From the NCBI GenBank assembly GCA_963666285.1, contig OY762711.1: DNA of 64,000 nt; one strand, given 5' to 3'. The DNA comes from Sedimentisphaerales bacterium. GTDB taxonomy: Bacteria; Planctomycetota; Phycisphaerae; Sedimentisphaerales; SM23-30. A program made the position numbers and the translations under genes. This document shows, one piece after another, positions 39,057-49,380 of this stretch. How positions within the stretch are numbered: the first letter of the stretch is position 1; each line of letters starts with the position of its first letter. The notes under the pieces were generated by a model, which saw nothing but the letters and a program-made list of their open reading frames with translations, was not told the origin of the DNA and did not search any database.

Positions 39057-40538
39057 ATGGATAATCTGATAGAGCAGCTGGGTAAGGAGATAATCGGCGG
39101 GGCTGTGCCTGACAGGAGTGTGTTGAGTGGAAAAGTAACGGATGACAGCCGAGAGGTCGCGGCGGGCGATATCTTTGTAGCGGTGAAGGGGCCGGAAGTG
39201 GACGGTCACCGCTTCGCGGGGGCGGCAAAGGCTAAAGGCGCGGCGCTGGTTCTAGTGGAGAACGGGATAGGCGCGGAGGCAGCGCGGACGGTCGGCGAAG
39301 CGGCTCGTTATGTAGCGAATAGCAGCGAAACACTAGGCAGGTTGGCCCAGACAGTGAACGGTTGGCCGTCAAAAAAGCTGAAGTTATATGGCGTAACGGG
39401 GACAAATGGTAAGACCACAGTAGCGACTATGGTGAAATGGATTTTAGAATATAACGGAGTTCGCTGCGGGTTTGTCGGTACGGTTGGTTATGATGTTGGG
39501 GGCGGGCTGGTTGAGCTGGCGAATACGACGCCCGGCAGTGTGCAGCTTGGGAGGTTGATGGGTGAGATGGTGAGTAATGGTATGCAGGCGATGGTGATGG
39601 AATGTTCGAGTCACGGACTGCATCAGAAGCGGACAGCAGGGCTGGCGTTTACAGCTGCTGCGTTTACTAATCTGAGCGGTGATCATCTGGACTATCATGG
39701 CGATATGGAAAGCTATCGTGATTGTAAGGCGATGCTGTTTGATCATCTGGTGGACAATGGTGTGGCGGTAATTAATAATGATGATGGTCATGCTTATCAT
39801 ATGATAAAGGTATGTGGCGATCGTGAGGTTTTGACTTTTGGGCTGGAGCGGAATGATGCCGACCTGGAGGCTCATATAAAAGAGATGGATATGAAGGGTA
39901 CCGTGCTGGAGTTGAGCTACCTGGGGCAGAAGTATAAGGTTCGCATGCCTATAGTTGCGAGGCATAATGTCAGTAATTTTCTGGCGGCGGCTGGTATGGC
40001 GTTGGGCGGCGGTATGAATATGAAGGCGATCTTGAAGGCGATGAAGGAGTTTCCGGGTGTGCCGGGGAGGTTGAGTGCGGTAGAGTGTGGTCAGGATTTT
40101 GGAGTGTTTGTCGATTATGCTCATACTGATGATGCCTTGGAGCGGGTGTTGGCGACAGTAAAGGAGCTGGCGGCGGGGCGGGTGATAGTGGTATTTGGCT
40201 GCGGTGGTGACCGGGACCGGACGAAGCGTCCTCGTATGGCAAAGGCGGCGCAGAAGTATGCGGATGTGATATTTGTGACTAATGATAACCCGCGGACGGA
40301 GGATCCTCAGCAGATAATAGGCGATTGTATTGCCGGGTTTGACAGCGGGGTGGAGTATAGTATATTGCCGGACCGGGCGGAGGCGATACATGCCGCGATA
40401 AGTGCGGCGGGTACGGGTGATGTAGTTCTAATTGCGGGGAAAGGGCATGAGAATTATCAAATAATTGGGACTGAGAGGAGGCATTTTTCAGATTTTGAGA
40501 CGGCGGGGAAATTTTTGAAAAATAGGCATAAGGGATAA
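39057..40538 (+). CDS. murE: UDP-MurNAc-Ala-Glu--meso-DAP ligase
   Basis: GVTGTNGKTT, NTTP, MECSSH, DHLDYH, DYAHT, GGDRD, DNPR, AGKGHE. Confidence 0.97.
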   Translation: MDNLIEQLGKEIIGGAVPDRSVLSGKVTDDSREVAAGDIFVAVKGPEVDGHRFAGAAKAKGAALVLVENGIGAEAARTVGEAARYVANSSETLGRLAQTVNGWPSKKLKLYGVTGTNGKTTVATMVKWILEYNGVRCGFVGTVGYDVGGGLVELANTTPGSVQLGRLMGEMVSNGMQAMVMECSSHGLHQKRTAGLAFTAAAFTNLSGDHLDYHGDMESYRDCKAMLFDHLVDNGVAVINNDDGHAYHMIKVCGDREVLTFGLERNDADLEAHIKEMDMKGTVLELSYLGQKYKVRMPIVARHNVSNFLAAAGMALGGGMNMKAILKAMKEFPGVPGRLSAVECGQDFGVFVDYAHTDDALERVLATVKELAAGRVIVVFGCGGDRDRTKRPRMAKAAQKYADVIFVTNDNPRTEDPQQIIGDCIAGFDSGVEYSILPDRAEAIHAAISAAGTGDVVLIAGKGHENYQIIGTERRHFSDFETAGKFLKNRHKG

Positions 40539-40680
40539 GGCATAGGGCATGAGGGGAGGAAAACACGCAAAGGGGCAAACTTTTTTACTCGCCTGCGGCG
40601 AAGAATATGGTTTACCATGAAAGACACAAAAAAGCGAAAAAGATTGAACCATAGATTGTCGCGGATGAACACTGATTTTT

Positions 40681-40825
40681 TATAGGTTTTGAAGGTATTT
40701 GGTATTAGGTGTTAGGGAAGGAAACGCCGCGGTCCTTCGATGAACTCAGGGTAGGCGGCGAGCAGAGAAATTAAGAATTAACAATTAACAAAAAAACTGG
40801 TAATATTCAACCATGGAAGGGGTGG
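40681..40825 (+). repeat. ~145-bp intergenic direct repeat, copy 1
   Basis: GTATTTGGTATTAGGTGTTAGGGAAGGAAACGCCGCGGTCCTTCGATGAACTCAGGG...TTCAACCATGGAAGGGGTGG. Confidence 0.9.
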
Positions 40826-40894
40826 AATGAACGGAAAAATGTGTTGGATTACAGATAAACTTAGATGGACTGATTAGATTTTAAAAGGGAAGAT

Positions 40895-41398
40895 ATGAAA
40901 TATTTGGTAAAGTATAGCTATGTGACAGATGTTGCAGTTAAAGATTGGGTTGCCAAGACGCAGGCGTACTGGCAAAGGCAGGAATTTAAGTGCGAGGAGG
41001 TTAATGAAGGTGAGGTTGTCAAGGTTACAGGTTCAAGAGGTTCGATGGCGGGCAACTTTGGTTCGTTTGACATGAAAAAGCTGATATGTGGACTGGAAGT
41101 ATGCCGCAGTAGTGATGGTAAGGTTGAGGTAAGCCTATTGGTAAACGGAATTCTTCAGGATATAACAGATATCAATCTTTGGGATTTTAAGCTTGAGTTA
41201 ATTTTATACGAACGTTATGTAAATGATGTGGCAGAGCCTGTTTTTATGAGAGAATATATTGCGGCACGTAATAGAGGGTCAATATTATGGTCGATATCAT
41301 TATTTATATTAGGCAGGAGGCTGTCTAAGAAAATGAGAACACGGCTAGAAGAGTTGTGTGGCGATAATGAATTGCCGACTGTTGAAAGAAGAAGATGA
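40895..41398 (+). CDS. Hypothetical protein
   Basis: 167-aa ORF with RBS-like AAGGGAAG, flanked by the direct repeats. Confidence 0.7.
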   Translation: MKYLVKYSYVTDVAVKDWVAKTQAYWQRQEFKCEEVNEGEVVKVTGSRGSMAGNFGSFDMKKLICGLEVCRSSDGKVEVSLLVNGILQDITDINLWDFKLELILYERYVNDVAEPVFMREYIAARNRGSILWSISLFILGRRLSKKMRTRLEELCGDNELPTVERRR

Positions 41399-41437
41399 AG
41401 GATGAATCTTTTGAATTGCAGATGGACGCGGATTTAT

Positions 41438-41581
41438 TATAGGTTTTAAGTATTTGGTATTAGGTGTTAGGGAAGGAAACGCCGCGGTCCTTCGATGAAC
41501 TCAGGGCAGGCGGAGAGCAAAGAAATTAAGAATTAACAATTAAGAACAAAACTGGATGATATTCAACCATGGAAGGGGTGG
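41438..41581 (+). repeat. ~145-bp intergenic direct repeat, copy 2
   Basis: Near-identical to 40681-40825. Confidence 0.9.
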
Positions 41582-41665
41582 GAAAATAGTAAAGTGTAAA
41601 TTTAAAGGGTAAATATAAAAAGAGATGCCACGCGAACTAAGTTTGGTTATATTCTATTAAGAGTT

Positions 41666-42961
41666 ATGAAGGTATTGAGGTTAAAAACTAAAAAAAATGC
41701 ATTATTACTTATTCTCTGTTTGATCATAATTGTAACATATAAGTTGTTCGATAGTGAGTGCATTTTTGAGAAGGTAGATCGGTTGTCAAAAGATGTTGTA
41801 TTTGTAGGGACGGTAGATTTTGAGAGTCTGATTGTTTTGAGGCTGGGTGAACCAGAAATTGCAGATATACAGATGACAGAATCGCTTAATGTTGGTTATT
41901 CGGAAGATCGTGCCAGGGCGATACTTCCTTGTTATTCCACACTTTATACTTGTTCAGATGAAACAAGATTAATCTCGGTATTTGGGACAAAGGTAACGCT
42001 TTTTGATTTGAAAGGGAATCTGGTTGGGCAGTTAGACGTACTTGAGCAGGATAGTATGTTAGCTAAAAATGGGGTGCTGGGGCGATGCAGTGTTGAAGAT
42101 AGGAAGCTTTTTGTATTATATACATATATAGAAAGTCGTGAGATAGAAGAAGGTGATGCCGGTAAGGTTACTCTTAAATCTGTACAAGTCCAGAAAAATG
42201 TATTACTATCAATAGATCTGGAAACTTTTGAAATAGAGAAAGTAGTTGATGATATTTTGAATTGGAAAGTGTTTTCGGTGGCTGATGAGTTGTATGTTTG
42301 TGATGATTTTGATAAGTGTTATATTTATGATTTGACCGAAAAAGAGATAAAAGAGCGTGACTGGTCAGGATCGTATTTTGATTGTGAAGCTACAGGAGGG
42401 GTACTGGTATCTACAGTGTATAACATGGAGGAAGAAGATGTTACCCTGGTTAAAAGTGATGGTGTAAAGGTTATTTTACCCTGGGGCTGCCAGGGGCAAT
42501 GGGGAGCAGATGGAAAGGTATATTTTGTTAGAGGAAGGATAGAGCTTTGGCGATGTAATGCAGATGGCAGTCAGCTTGAAAAGGTTTTTGAAGGGCCAGG
42601 TCGAAAACGATATAATGGGTATGTAACCGGGAGTGAGCTTGTTTTTGATAGAAGCAGGACTATATTAGCATTTTGTTACAGGGTCGATTATTGTGAGATG
42701 TCAGTTATTAAGCCTCCGACTGGATTGGTTGTAATTGATCTTGAAAACGAAGAGTATATGCATATTAGACCTGATGAATGTATCGAAATGTTTTATGATG
42801 TAATGTTAAAGTCAGACACTTTTAGTCCGACAATATCTGTTCATAATTCAGGTAAGTACGGAGTTGATAAGCTGGAAAACCTTAAGGGTAGAGATTTTGA
42901 AATTAATGACATCTGGAATATGTGGTATTTTAGTGATATGGAGTTAATTAGTGATAGATGA
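41666..42961 (+). CDS. Exported hypothetical protein, possibly beta-propeller
   Basis: N-terminal TM; WGADGKVYF..LW.CNADGS is TolB-like. Confidence 0.6.
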   Translation: MKVLRLKTKKNALLLILCLIIIVTYKLFDSECIFEKVDRLSKDVVFVGTVDFESLIVLRLGEPEIADIQMTESLNVGYSEDRARAILPCYSTLYTCSDETRLISVFGTKVTLFDLKGNLVGQLDVLEQDSMLAKNGVLGRCSVEDRKLFVLYTYIESREIEEGDAGKVTLKSVQVQKNVLLSIDLETFEIEKVVDDILNWKVFSVADELYVCDDFDKCYIYDLTEKEIKERDWSGSYFDCEATGGVLVSTVYNMEEEDVTLVKSDGVKVILPWGCQGQWGADGKVYFVRGRIELWRCNADGSQLEKVFEGPGRKRYNGYVTGSELVFDRSRTILAFCYRVDYCEMSVIKPPTGLVVIDLENEEYMHIRPDECIEMFYDVMLKSDTFSPTISVHNSGKYGVDKLENLKGRDFEINDIWNMWYFSDMELISDR

Positions 42962-43030
42962 AAGTGGTAAATTGTGAAAAAATTAGTCAGCAGGTTTCGA
43001 GCTGATGCCTAGTATTGGCAGGAGTAAAAA

Positions 43031-44146
43031 ATGTGTGATATGGAAATAGAAAAGCGGAAAGAACAGTATCGAGATATAAGTTTGCGGGCGGATGATTGTA
43101 ATGAGCCCGCTGATGCGATAAAGCTGCTGGAAGAAGGTCGGGAGCTGGCGGCGGCTAATGGCGATGGAGATTATGTGCAGTTTTTTGAAGCGGAGCTGGT
43201 GTATTATCGGGATGAAGATAATGATAAATTGATCGAGATGCTGTTGGCAATCGAGCCGAAGGATTATTTCATATATCGAAACCTGGGGTATTCGTATTAC
43301 TTTAAGGATGAGTATGATAAGGCGATTGAATATTTTGAAAAGGCGTTGAAATTGAAGACGGGTGATGTGGATACCTTGTTTGGAAAGGCGGAAGCGTTGA
43401 GTGAGATGAATAATGAGGAAGGAGCGATAGAGCATTTCAAGAGGGTGATAAAGATAAGATCGGACTATAGTGAAGCATATCGCAGGATAGGGGAACTGCT
43501 GCTTAATGCAGATGATAAAAGAGGGGCCGTAGAGTGGCTGGATAAGGCGTTGGCGATTGATCCGGAAGATTACATTGCTATGGCAGCTAAAGGAGTGGCT
43601 CTAAGTTATCTTGACAGGAAAGATGAGTCGATGGTTTGTTATAATCGGGCATTGGAGATACAGCCAAATTTCATTTATGCTTTGTGGTGTAAAGGTGTAG
43701 CATTATGCGATACAAACAATATAGAAGGTGGTATAGAATGCTTTGAAAAGGCACTGTCAATAAATCCAATTTACATAAAAGCATTAGGCAGCTTAGGTGA
43801 GGCTTTGAGTAAAATGGGCGATGATGATAAGGCCCTAGAATGTTTTGATAAAATACTGGTTTTAGAACCGGATGATAAATATATCTGGTGGCGAAAAGGA
43901 GAAGTGTTCGGACGGAAAGATGACAGAGAAATGGCTGATGAATGCTTTAAAAAAGCTTTGTTGATTGATGCCTGGGAAAAGAAGCTTGATTTGGATGAGG
44001 TTTTGGAGTTTGTAAATAAAGACAGTGGAGGAGACGGTGAAGGAATTCAGTCGTTATTCAAGAGACTTGGTGTCGAAGTCGATAGAGACTGTATGAATGA
44101 AATCCGAAATGCACTATTAAGTATGATTGATGATGGGAAGGGCTAA
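43031..44146 (+). CDS. TPR repeat protein
   Basis: About 7 TPRs (A...LG......A...F.KAL.I.P). Confidence 0.92.
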   Translation: MCDMEIEKRKEQYRDISLRADDCNEPADAIKLLEEGRELAAANGDGDYVQFFEAELVYYRDEDNDKLIEMLLAIEPKDYFIYRNLGYSYYFKDEYDKAIEYFEKALKLKTGDVDTLFGKAEALSEMNNEEGAIEHFKRVIKIRSDYSEAYRRIGELLLNADDKRGAVEWLDKALAIDPEDYIAMAAKGVALSYLDRKDESMVCYNRALEIQPNFIYALWCKGVALCDTNNIEGGIECFEKALSINPIYIKALGSLGEALSKMGDDDKALECFDKILVLEPDDKYIWWRKGEVFGRKDDREMADECFKKALLIDAWEKKLDLDEVLEFVNKDSGGDGEGIQSLFKRLGVEVDRDCMNEIRNALLSMIDDGKG

Positions 44147-44201
44147 TGAAATTACAGTTTTTATGCGTGCATTTGAACGGTGGTGTTGCTTCGTGACCTT
44201 G

Positions 44202-44292
44202 TTTTTACTCGCCTGCGGCGAGGGCTTGAATCACGGACACTGATTAATTATAGGTTTAGGTATTTGGTATTAGGTGTTAGGGAAGGAAACGC
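44202..44292 (+). repeat. Intergenic direct repeat, partial copy 3
   Basis: TTTTTACTCGCCTGCGGCGA (also at 40582) plus TATTTGGTATTAGGTGTTAGGGAAGGAAACGC. Confidence 0.85.
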
Positions 44293-44535
44293 TTCCGGCG
44301 AAGCTAATTTATTGTTAGCTGACGCATATGTCGGCTTCTTTTATAATTGTTGCAATTATATACATTGAAATATTTTGTGAACATTATATTAGTAGATAAA
44401 AATGACACATAAAAACATTGTTATGAATGATAGTAGACGAAGAGAATTGCCAGCAACCAAAATCTTAATCTATCGCATCAAAAGCAATTTCCAGAGGTCG
44501 CTTTATTTATATTGACCATGAAGGGCATGAAGCTA

Positions 44536-45927
44536 ATGAAGAAAAAATTTAATGTTTTATTAGTAATTATATTTGCGACGAGTCTTTTTGCCGGAGATGA
44601 TATTGCAGATTTATCACCTTATAATCGAGTTGTTTCTATAGATGGTATAGGCAGTGATAGTGATTCGCGTTCCAGCGTATGCCGCAGTTGTATGACTGAT
44701 GTGGGCAGGTATCGCTATGAGTCAGCAGAACGGATTGCCAGACGTTTTGAAATATATAAGGAAATCGGGGTTGATATGCTTCGAGTTGAGGGGCTCGAAT
44801 GGGGTCGTTGTGAGGTTTCACCAGGTAAATGGCAGCATGTAAAAGAAATGGATAACTACATTAACATGCTGAAAAAATATAAGTTTAAGATTAAGCTTAT
44901 TGCCGGGACAATAATGTGTCCTCCCGGGTGGTATATTGAAAATAATCCTGATGTTCGCATGATTAACGAGAATGGATATTTATGCCGTAATACGCTAAAT
45001 TATTGGAATCCTGAAATCAGGCCAAAACTTGAAGAGGTTGTGGATAAGCTATTTGATTATTATGATAAGCTTGGTATTATGCCGTATGTTGAACAGGTAG
45101 TGGTTGATTTTGGTCAGGCAGGTGAGCCATTGTATCCGCCGGCCTGGACTCTTGGGCCGAAGTATAAGGGACCGGAGACATTCTGGATGTATAATCGACT
45201 GGCTCACGAAGATTTTCGCAGGGCAATGAAAGCAAAATATGAGTTTATTGAAATAGCCAACTCAGTCTGGGGTACAGATTTCCAAAGCTGGGAAGAAGTA
45301 ATGATTGTTCAGCCAGGAAAATTAACCGGGCCTTACTGGTATGATGTTTTAATACGTTATCGAGATGTGAAGCGTGATTTTGAAGCGTGGCAGATAGGCA
45401 ACTTTCAAAGAGTGTTGAAACGCTATAAGGGCAGGGTAAAACCAGTGGTTTATCTGGCCGGACGGGATGAAAGGCCCAAGATGTGGGCAGAAGCAGTTGG
45501 TACAGGTGAAGGACATCTGGATATTAAGTTAATGTGTGATCTGAGATGGCTTGCCAGGACTGCGATAGATAATGGCTGTATGCTGCAATATACTGGCGCA
45601 GAGAACAGGGCAGAAGTTGAGTATCTAGTGAAATATTTACGAGATAATAACCTTAAATATGAGATGTGGGGTGAGAATGCGGGAGTGTTTCAATGTGCTA
45701 ATGAACCACTTAAACTTGCTGATATAGTAATAAAAAATGATCTTTATGGTATTGATTATACCCACTCGCACTTTATGTTTAAAACTACAGGTTCGCCGAA
45801 ACCTGCCTGGGAAGAGACAAAGTCTGATATCAGGAATTATTCTGGTGATATTGAAGTTAACCCTGAGGTTGCCCCTGACCTAGAGAAAGCGTATCGGATG
45901 ATCAGAGAACATTATGGAGAAGAATAG
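44536..45927 (+). CDS. Secreted glycoside hydrolase, GH14/GH42-like TIM barrel
   Basis: Signal peptide; W...E..PGKW, PPGW, GQAGEPLYP (cf. beta-amylase GPAGELRYP), WGENA. Confidence 0.75.
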   Translation: MKKKFNVLLVIIFATSLFAGDDIADLSPYNRVVSIDGIGSDSDSRSSVCRSCMTDVGRYRYESAERIARRFEIYKEIGVDMLRVEGLEWGRCEVSPGKWQHVKEMDNYINMLKKYKFKIKLIAGTIMCPPGWYIENNPDVRMINENGYLCRNTLNYWNPEIRPKLEEVVDKLFDYYDKLGIMPYVEQVVVDFGQAGEPLYPPAWTLGPKYKGPETFWMYNRLAHEDFRRAMKAKYEFIEIANSVWGTDFQSWEEVMIVQPGKLTGPYWYDVLIRYRDVKRDFEAWQIGNFQRVLKRYKGRVKPVVYLAGRDERPKMWAEAVGTGEGHLDIKLMCDLRWLARTAIDNGCMLQYTGAENRAEVEYLVKYLRDNNLKYEMWGENAGVFQCANEPLKLADIVIKNDLYGIDYTHSHFMFKTTGSPKPAWEETKSDIRNYSGDIEVNPEVAPDLEKAYRMIREHYGEE

Positions 45928-46092
45928 TGTTGCGGAAAGGCTTGATTGTTATCAGGCAGGCAGTTTGATAGAATAATGTTGTTAATGTGTTGGAACTGTA
46001 ATATTATATAATAGAGCTAAAAAAGCTAATATTTAAGGCGATTTTGTGTATGGCGAGGATTGAAGTGGAGATATAGGCATTAAAATCAAAGG

Positions 46093-48159
46093 ATGAATAT
46101 GGATAGTATAAAATATATATTGATGGTATTGTGCCTGTTATGTGTGGGGCTGTGTGCCGAGGTGGTAAGCGGGACGGAAAAGGCGGCGGGTGAGGTCGAG
46201 CAGGTAACGGTAACTGTTGATGATAGAGTTAAGGACGGTGTGCCGGAGGGGATAGTTACGTTATTTGATAAGCTGGATAAGGCAGTGATAGCGGGTAAGC
46301 CGAGTGAGGTTGGCAAGCTGTTTGATTATGATAAGCTGGTTGAACTGTCGGCGTATGAGTCTATGCCGGAAGAGATGAAGGTTATGCTTAAGATTAAGCT
46401 GCCGTATACCATGCCGGAAAATATTCTGATGGGCTTTTTGCCGGTCTCGGCGAAAATAATGCATGTTAAGCGTGAAGATGGCAACTATATAGTGATGGTA
46501 AGGCATTTTGAGCGTAACGGCATATCTTCGCTGGCGAGATGGTGGGTGGTGCAAAGCGAGGATCAGTTTTTGTTTTATGATGTAGAGTTTTTTGATCTGC
46601 CGATTCGTTTGAGTATGAATATTCAGCTGTCACTGGCCCAGGCGTCGAGTGTGGTGTCGGAAGATCAGAAATCTGTTATGCGGAATATATCCGGTGCGAT
46701 AAATGCACTGTCAGACCAGGATTATTGGAGTGCGGAAGATTATCTCGGTCAGGTTGGTGATGTAAAGCTGCCGGGTCATTATGATATGCTGAGAAATGTA
46801 TTGGTGCTGATGTATGCGGTGGGGGTTGAGGATGTCGAAACCGGGTCAAAAATGATAAAGAAGCTGGAGAAGGACTACCCGGATATGCCGTATTTGAAGT
46901 TATGCCGTATTTTGATTAGTCTGCAGAAGGAGGATTTTAATAAGGCATTGGAGTATTGCGTCGAGTATAAAAAGCTGACAGGGGATATAGCGGATGTGCT
47001 TGTGTTGGAAGGAGAGGCCTATGAGGGGCTGGAAGAGCCGGAGAAGGCGTTTAAATGTTATTCAGACGGGTTAGCAGATATGCCGGGGTCGCTGGAATGC
47101 CTGGCGGGGTATATAAGGTTGTTCGAAGGCGATAAAACGATTGAGCTGGAGAAGAGGTTTACCGAAACGCCGTATCTGGCAGAGAATTTTTATGATTTCT
47201 GGGGTTTGCTGACTTATGGTGAGCATTATGAAATAGCGTCGATAGCTTTGGAGGTATATAAGAAGCTGTGCCCGGATCAGGATTGTAATATGTATGAGGC
47301 TGAGCTGGCTTATTTGCAGGGAGACTATAAGAAAATAATAGAAGCACTGGAGGGGAAACGGTCGAGTTATGTGGATGATGAAGATAAGCTGTTGATGTAT
47401 GATCAGTACCTGTTTACGGCATATATTGAGACACTGGAATTTGAGAAGGCGCTGGCATATTCGCTAATGTGCTATGAGGCAGATGGAGATCCTTTCCTGG
47501 TGATGATAGCCTGTGCGTATAGCGGTGAATATGCGAAGGCAGCTGAGTATCTGGCAGAATGTAAGTATTACGGCTATACTCTTGATGTTCTGGGTGAGAT
47601 ACCACTTTTTATGAATATGGTGTCTAATGATGAGATATGGAGTAATCTGAGTGTTGAGGTAGATAAGCTATCGAGTGGCAGTGAGGAAGAGTTTGTATCA
47701 CTGGTATTGCTGGACAGGACAGGCTTAGAGATGGACCAGACCAGATTGGAAGGTATTGTAAGCAGAGCGTTGGGTATAGATTTCAGTAAGGAAAAGGAAG
47801 GCGGTCAGTTTGTAGTTGGTGAAGGTGAAGCATATATTATAAAGTTGAATGGCGGGGTATTTATGTTCAATAATATTAATTCACCTTATGTATTTGAGGA
47901 GCTGGGCGAAGGATTAATGAGCCGTGATCTTTCCAGAGCAGCGATATCGCATAGAGCGTGGGTGTCTGTTGACATGCTGCAGCTTACAAATCCTGAAGAT
48001 ATAGATTATGCCTACCAGGTGGCAGGGAGGATATTGGGTGGGATAATAAATGATAATTGTGTGGCAGTTTATGCCCCATCGTTAGGTGTGCTTAAAGCAA
48101 ATGATGTATATATAAGGCAGGCACTGGTTGGTGACGATCCGCTGAAGGTGTTTAGATAA
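46093..48159 (+). CDS. Exported TPR-containing hypothetical protein
   Basis: Signal peptide, helical TPR-like repeats, C-terminal H.AW.SVD domain. Confidence 0.7.
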   Translation: MNMDSIKYILMVLCLLCVGLCAEVVSGTEKAAGEVEQVTVTVDDRVKDGVPEGIVTLFDKLDKAVIAGKPSEVGKLFDYDKLVELSAYESMPEEMKVMLKIKLPYTMPENILMGFLPVSAKIMHVKREDGNYIVMVRHFERNGISSLARWWVVQSEDQFLFYDVEFFDLPIRLSMNIQLSLAQASSVVSEDQKSVMRNISGAINALSDQDYWSAEDYLGQVGDVKLPGHYDMLRNVLVLMYAVGVEDVETGSKMIKKLEKDYPDMPYLKLCRILISLQKEDFNKALEYCVEYKKLTGDIADVLVLEGEAYEGLEEPEKAFKCYSDGLADMPGSLECLAGYIRLFEGDKTIELEKRFTETPYLAENFYDFWGLLTYGEHYEIASIALEVYKKLCPDQDCNMYEAELAYLQGDYKKIIEALEGKRSSYVDDEDKLLMYDQYLFTAYIETLEFEKALAYSLMCYEADGDPFLVMIACAYSGEYAKAAEYLAECKYYGYTLDVLGEIPLFMNMVSNDEIWSNLSVEVDKLSSGSEEEFVSLVLLDRTGLEMDQTRLEGIVSRALGIDFSKEKEGGQFVVGEGEAYIIKLNGGVFMFNNINSPYVFEELGEGLMSRDLSRAAISHRAWVSVDMLQLTNPEDIDYAYQVAGRILGGIINDNCVAVYAPSLGVLKANDVYIRQALVGDDPLKVFR

Positions 48160-48208
48160 GAAGAGATATAAGCGAGAAGTAAGAAGTCTTGTGGGGCTGA
48201 GGCAGCGG

Positions 48209-49360
48209 CTAGTTTTTATCGCTTCTCTTGGGTGGCAGTTTAACGAACTGGGCGGCGATGAGAGAGGCAACGCTAAGTGCTACTCCGACAAGGAAAGGGA
48301 TTTTGTAATCAATCATCCACAAGTAGCCGCCGACTACAGGTAGAACAACGGCGGCTATATGGTTAATGGTGAAGCTAACGGCGGTGCTGGCGGAGATATC
48401 TTTTGGGTCAGCAATTTTCTGGAAGTATGTTCTGATTGCCATCGCTCCATTGAAAACGATATGGTCGAGAATGTACATGAGCATGACGATCCAGGTAACC
48501 TGGCAGTAAGCGTAAACGGCGAATATGATTATCAGGCTGGAATATTCAATTGTTAAGATAGTTTTTTCTCCGATTTTGTTAATCGATCTGGCGACAAGCG
48601 GGGTGACGAAGTAGTTGATAATATTATTTACTACGAACAGAATTGTGACAGTCTGGATTGACAAGCCCATCCTTTTGACCAGAAGGAATACAGAGAAGAC
48701 CATAAATATCTGGCGTCTGGCGCCGGAAAGTAAGGTTAGTATATAGAAGAGCGAGTATCTTTTTCGCAAGATAAGTTTTTTGTGCTGTGGCTGTCCTTCG
48801 GTGTGTTTGGGGCCGAAAAAGAGCCCCCATAAGCCAACGCCGGTGACGATAGAGCCGATAATGGCAAACATTATGATATATGAGAGCTTATATGAGGCTA
48901 CAAGTACCAGCAGTCCCATAATGACACATACAATGGACATGATGCTGCGCTGTTTGCCCATGACAAGCGGAGATTCGGTCTGGTCAAAGTTCTGCAGGAT
49001 AAGTGACTGGTTGGTAGTTTCGTAATAGTGGAAGCCGAAGCTCATTATAACAGTAGTGACAATAAGCCCGGTATAAGATGGGAAGCATCCTGTGAGGGCG
49101 ATACCGATGCCCATAAGTATAATAGAGATAGCTGACAGTTTGTGTTCCCTGATGAGCAGCATAACAAAGATGGCACAAAGAGCGAGCAATCCGGGCAGTT
49201 CGCGGGCAGACTGGACAACGCCGATATGTAATCCGTCGAGATTGACCTTGTCAACGGCGAAATTATTGAAGAGGGTACGCCAGCCTTGCAGTCCGCCAGC
49301 GGATGCCATGGTGAGTGCCATGAGGTACCAGTAAATTGGTTTTTTCTTAATATTTTCCAT
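48209..49360 (-). CDS. MFS transporter
   Basis: About 12 TMs; RE.PG.LA, GARRQIF, FTINHIAAV. Confidence 0.9.
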   Translation of the reverse strand: MENIKKKPIYWYLMALTMASAGGLQGWRTLFNNFAVDKVNLDGLHIGVVQSARELPGLLALCAIFVMLLIREHKLSAISIILMGIGIALTGCFPSYTGLIVTTVIMSFGFHYYETTNQSLILQNFDQTESPLVMGKQRSIMSIVCVIMGLLVLVASYKLSYIIMFAIIGSIVTGVGLWGLFFGPKHTEGQPQHKKLILRKRYSLFYILTLLSGARRQIFMVFSVFLLVKRMGLSIQTVTILFVVNNIINYFVTPLVARSINKIGEKTILTIEYSSLIIIFAVYAYCQVTWIVMLMYILDHIVFNGAMAIRTYFQKIADPKDISASTAVSFTINHIAAVVLPVVGGYLWMIDYKIPFLVGVALSVASLIAAQFVKLPPKRSDKN

Positions 49361-49380
49361 GAGTTGTGTAATGCGGCAGG

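Noticed and set aside
39444..40391. 315-aa antisense ORF inside murE
   Set aside because: Shadow frame of a G-rich coding strand; His/Pro/Ile-rich with no motifs
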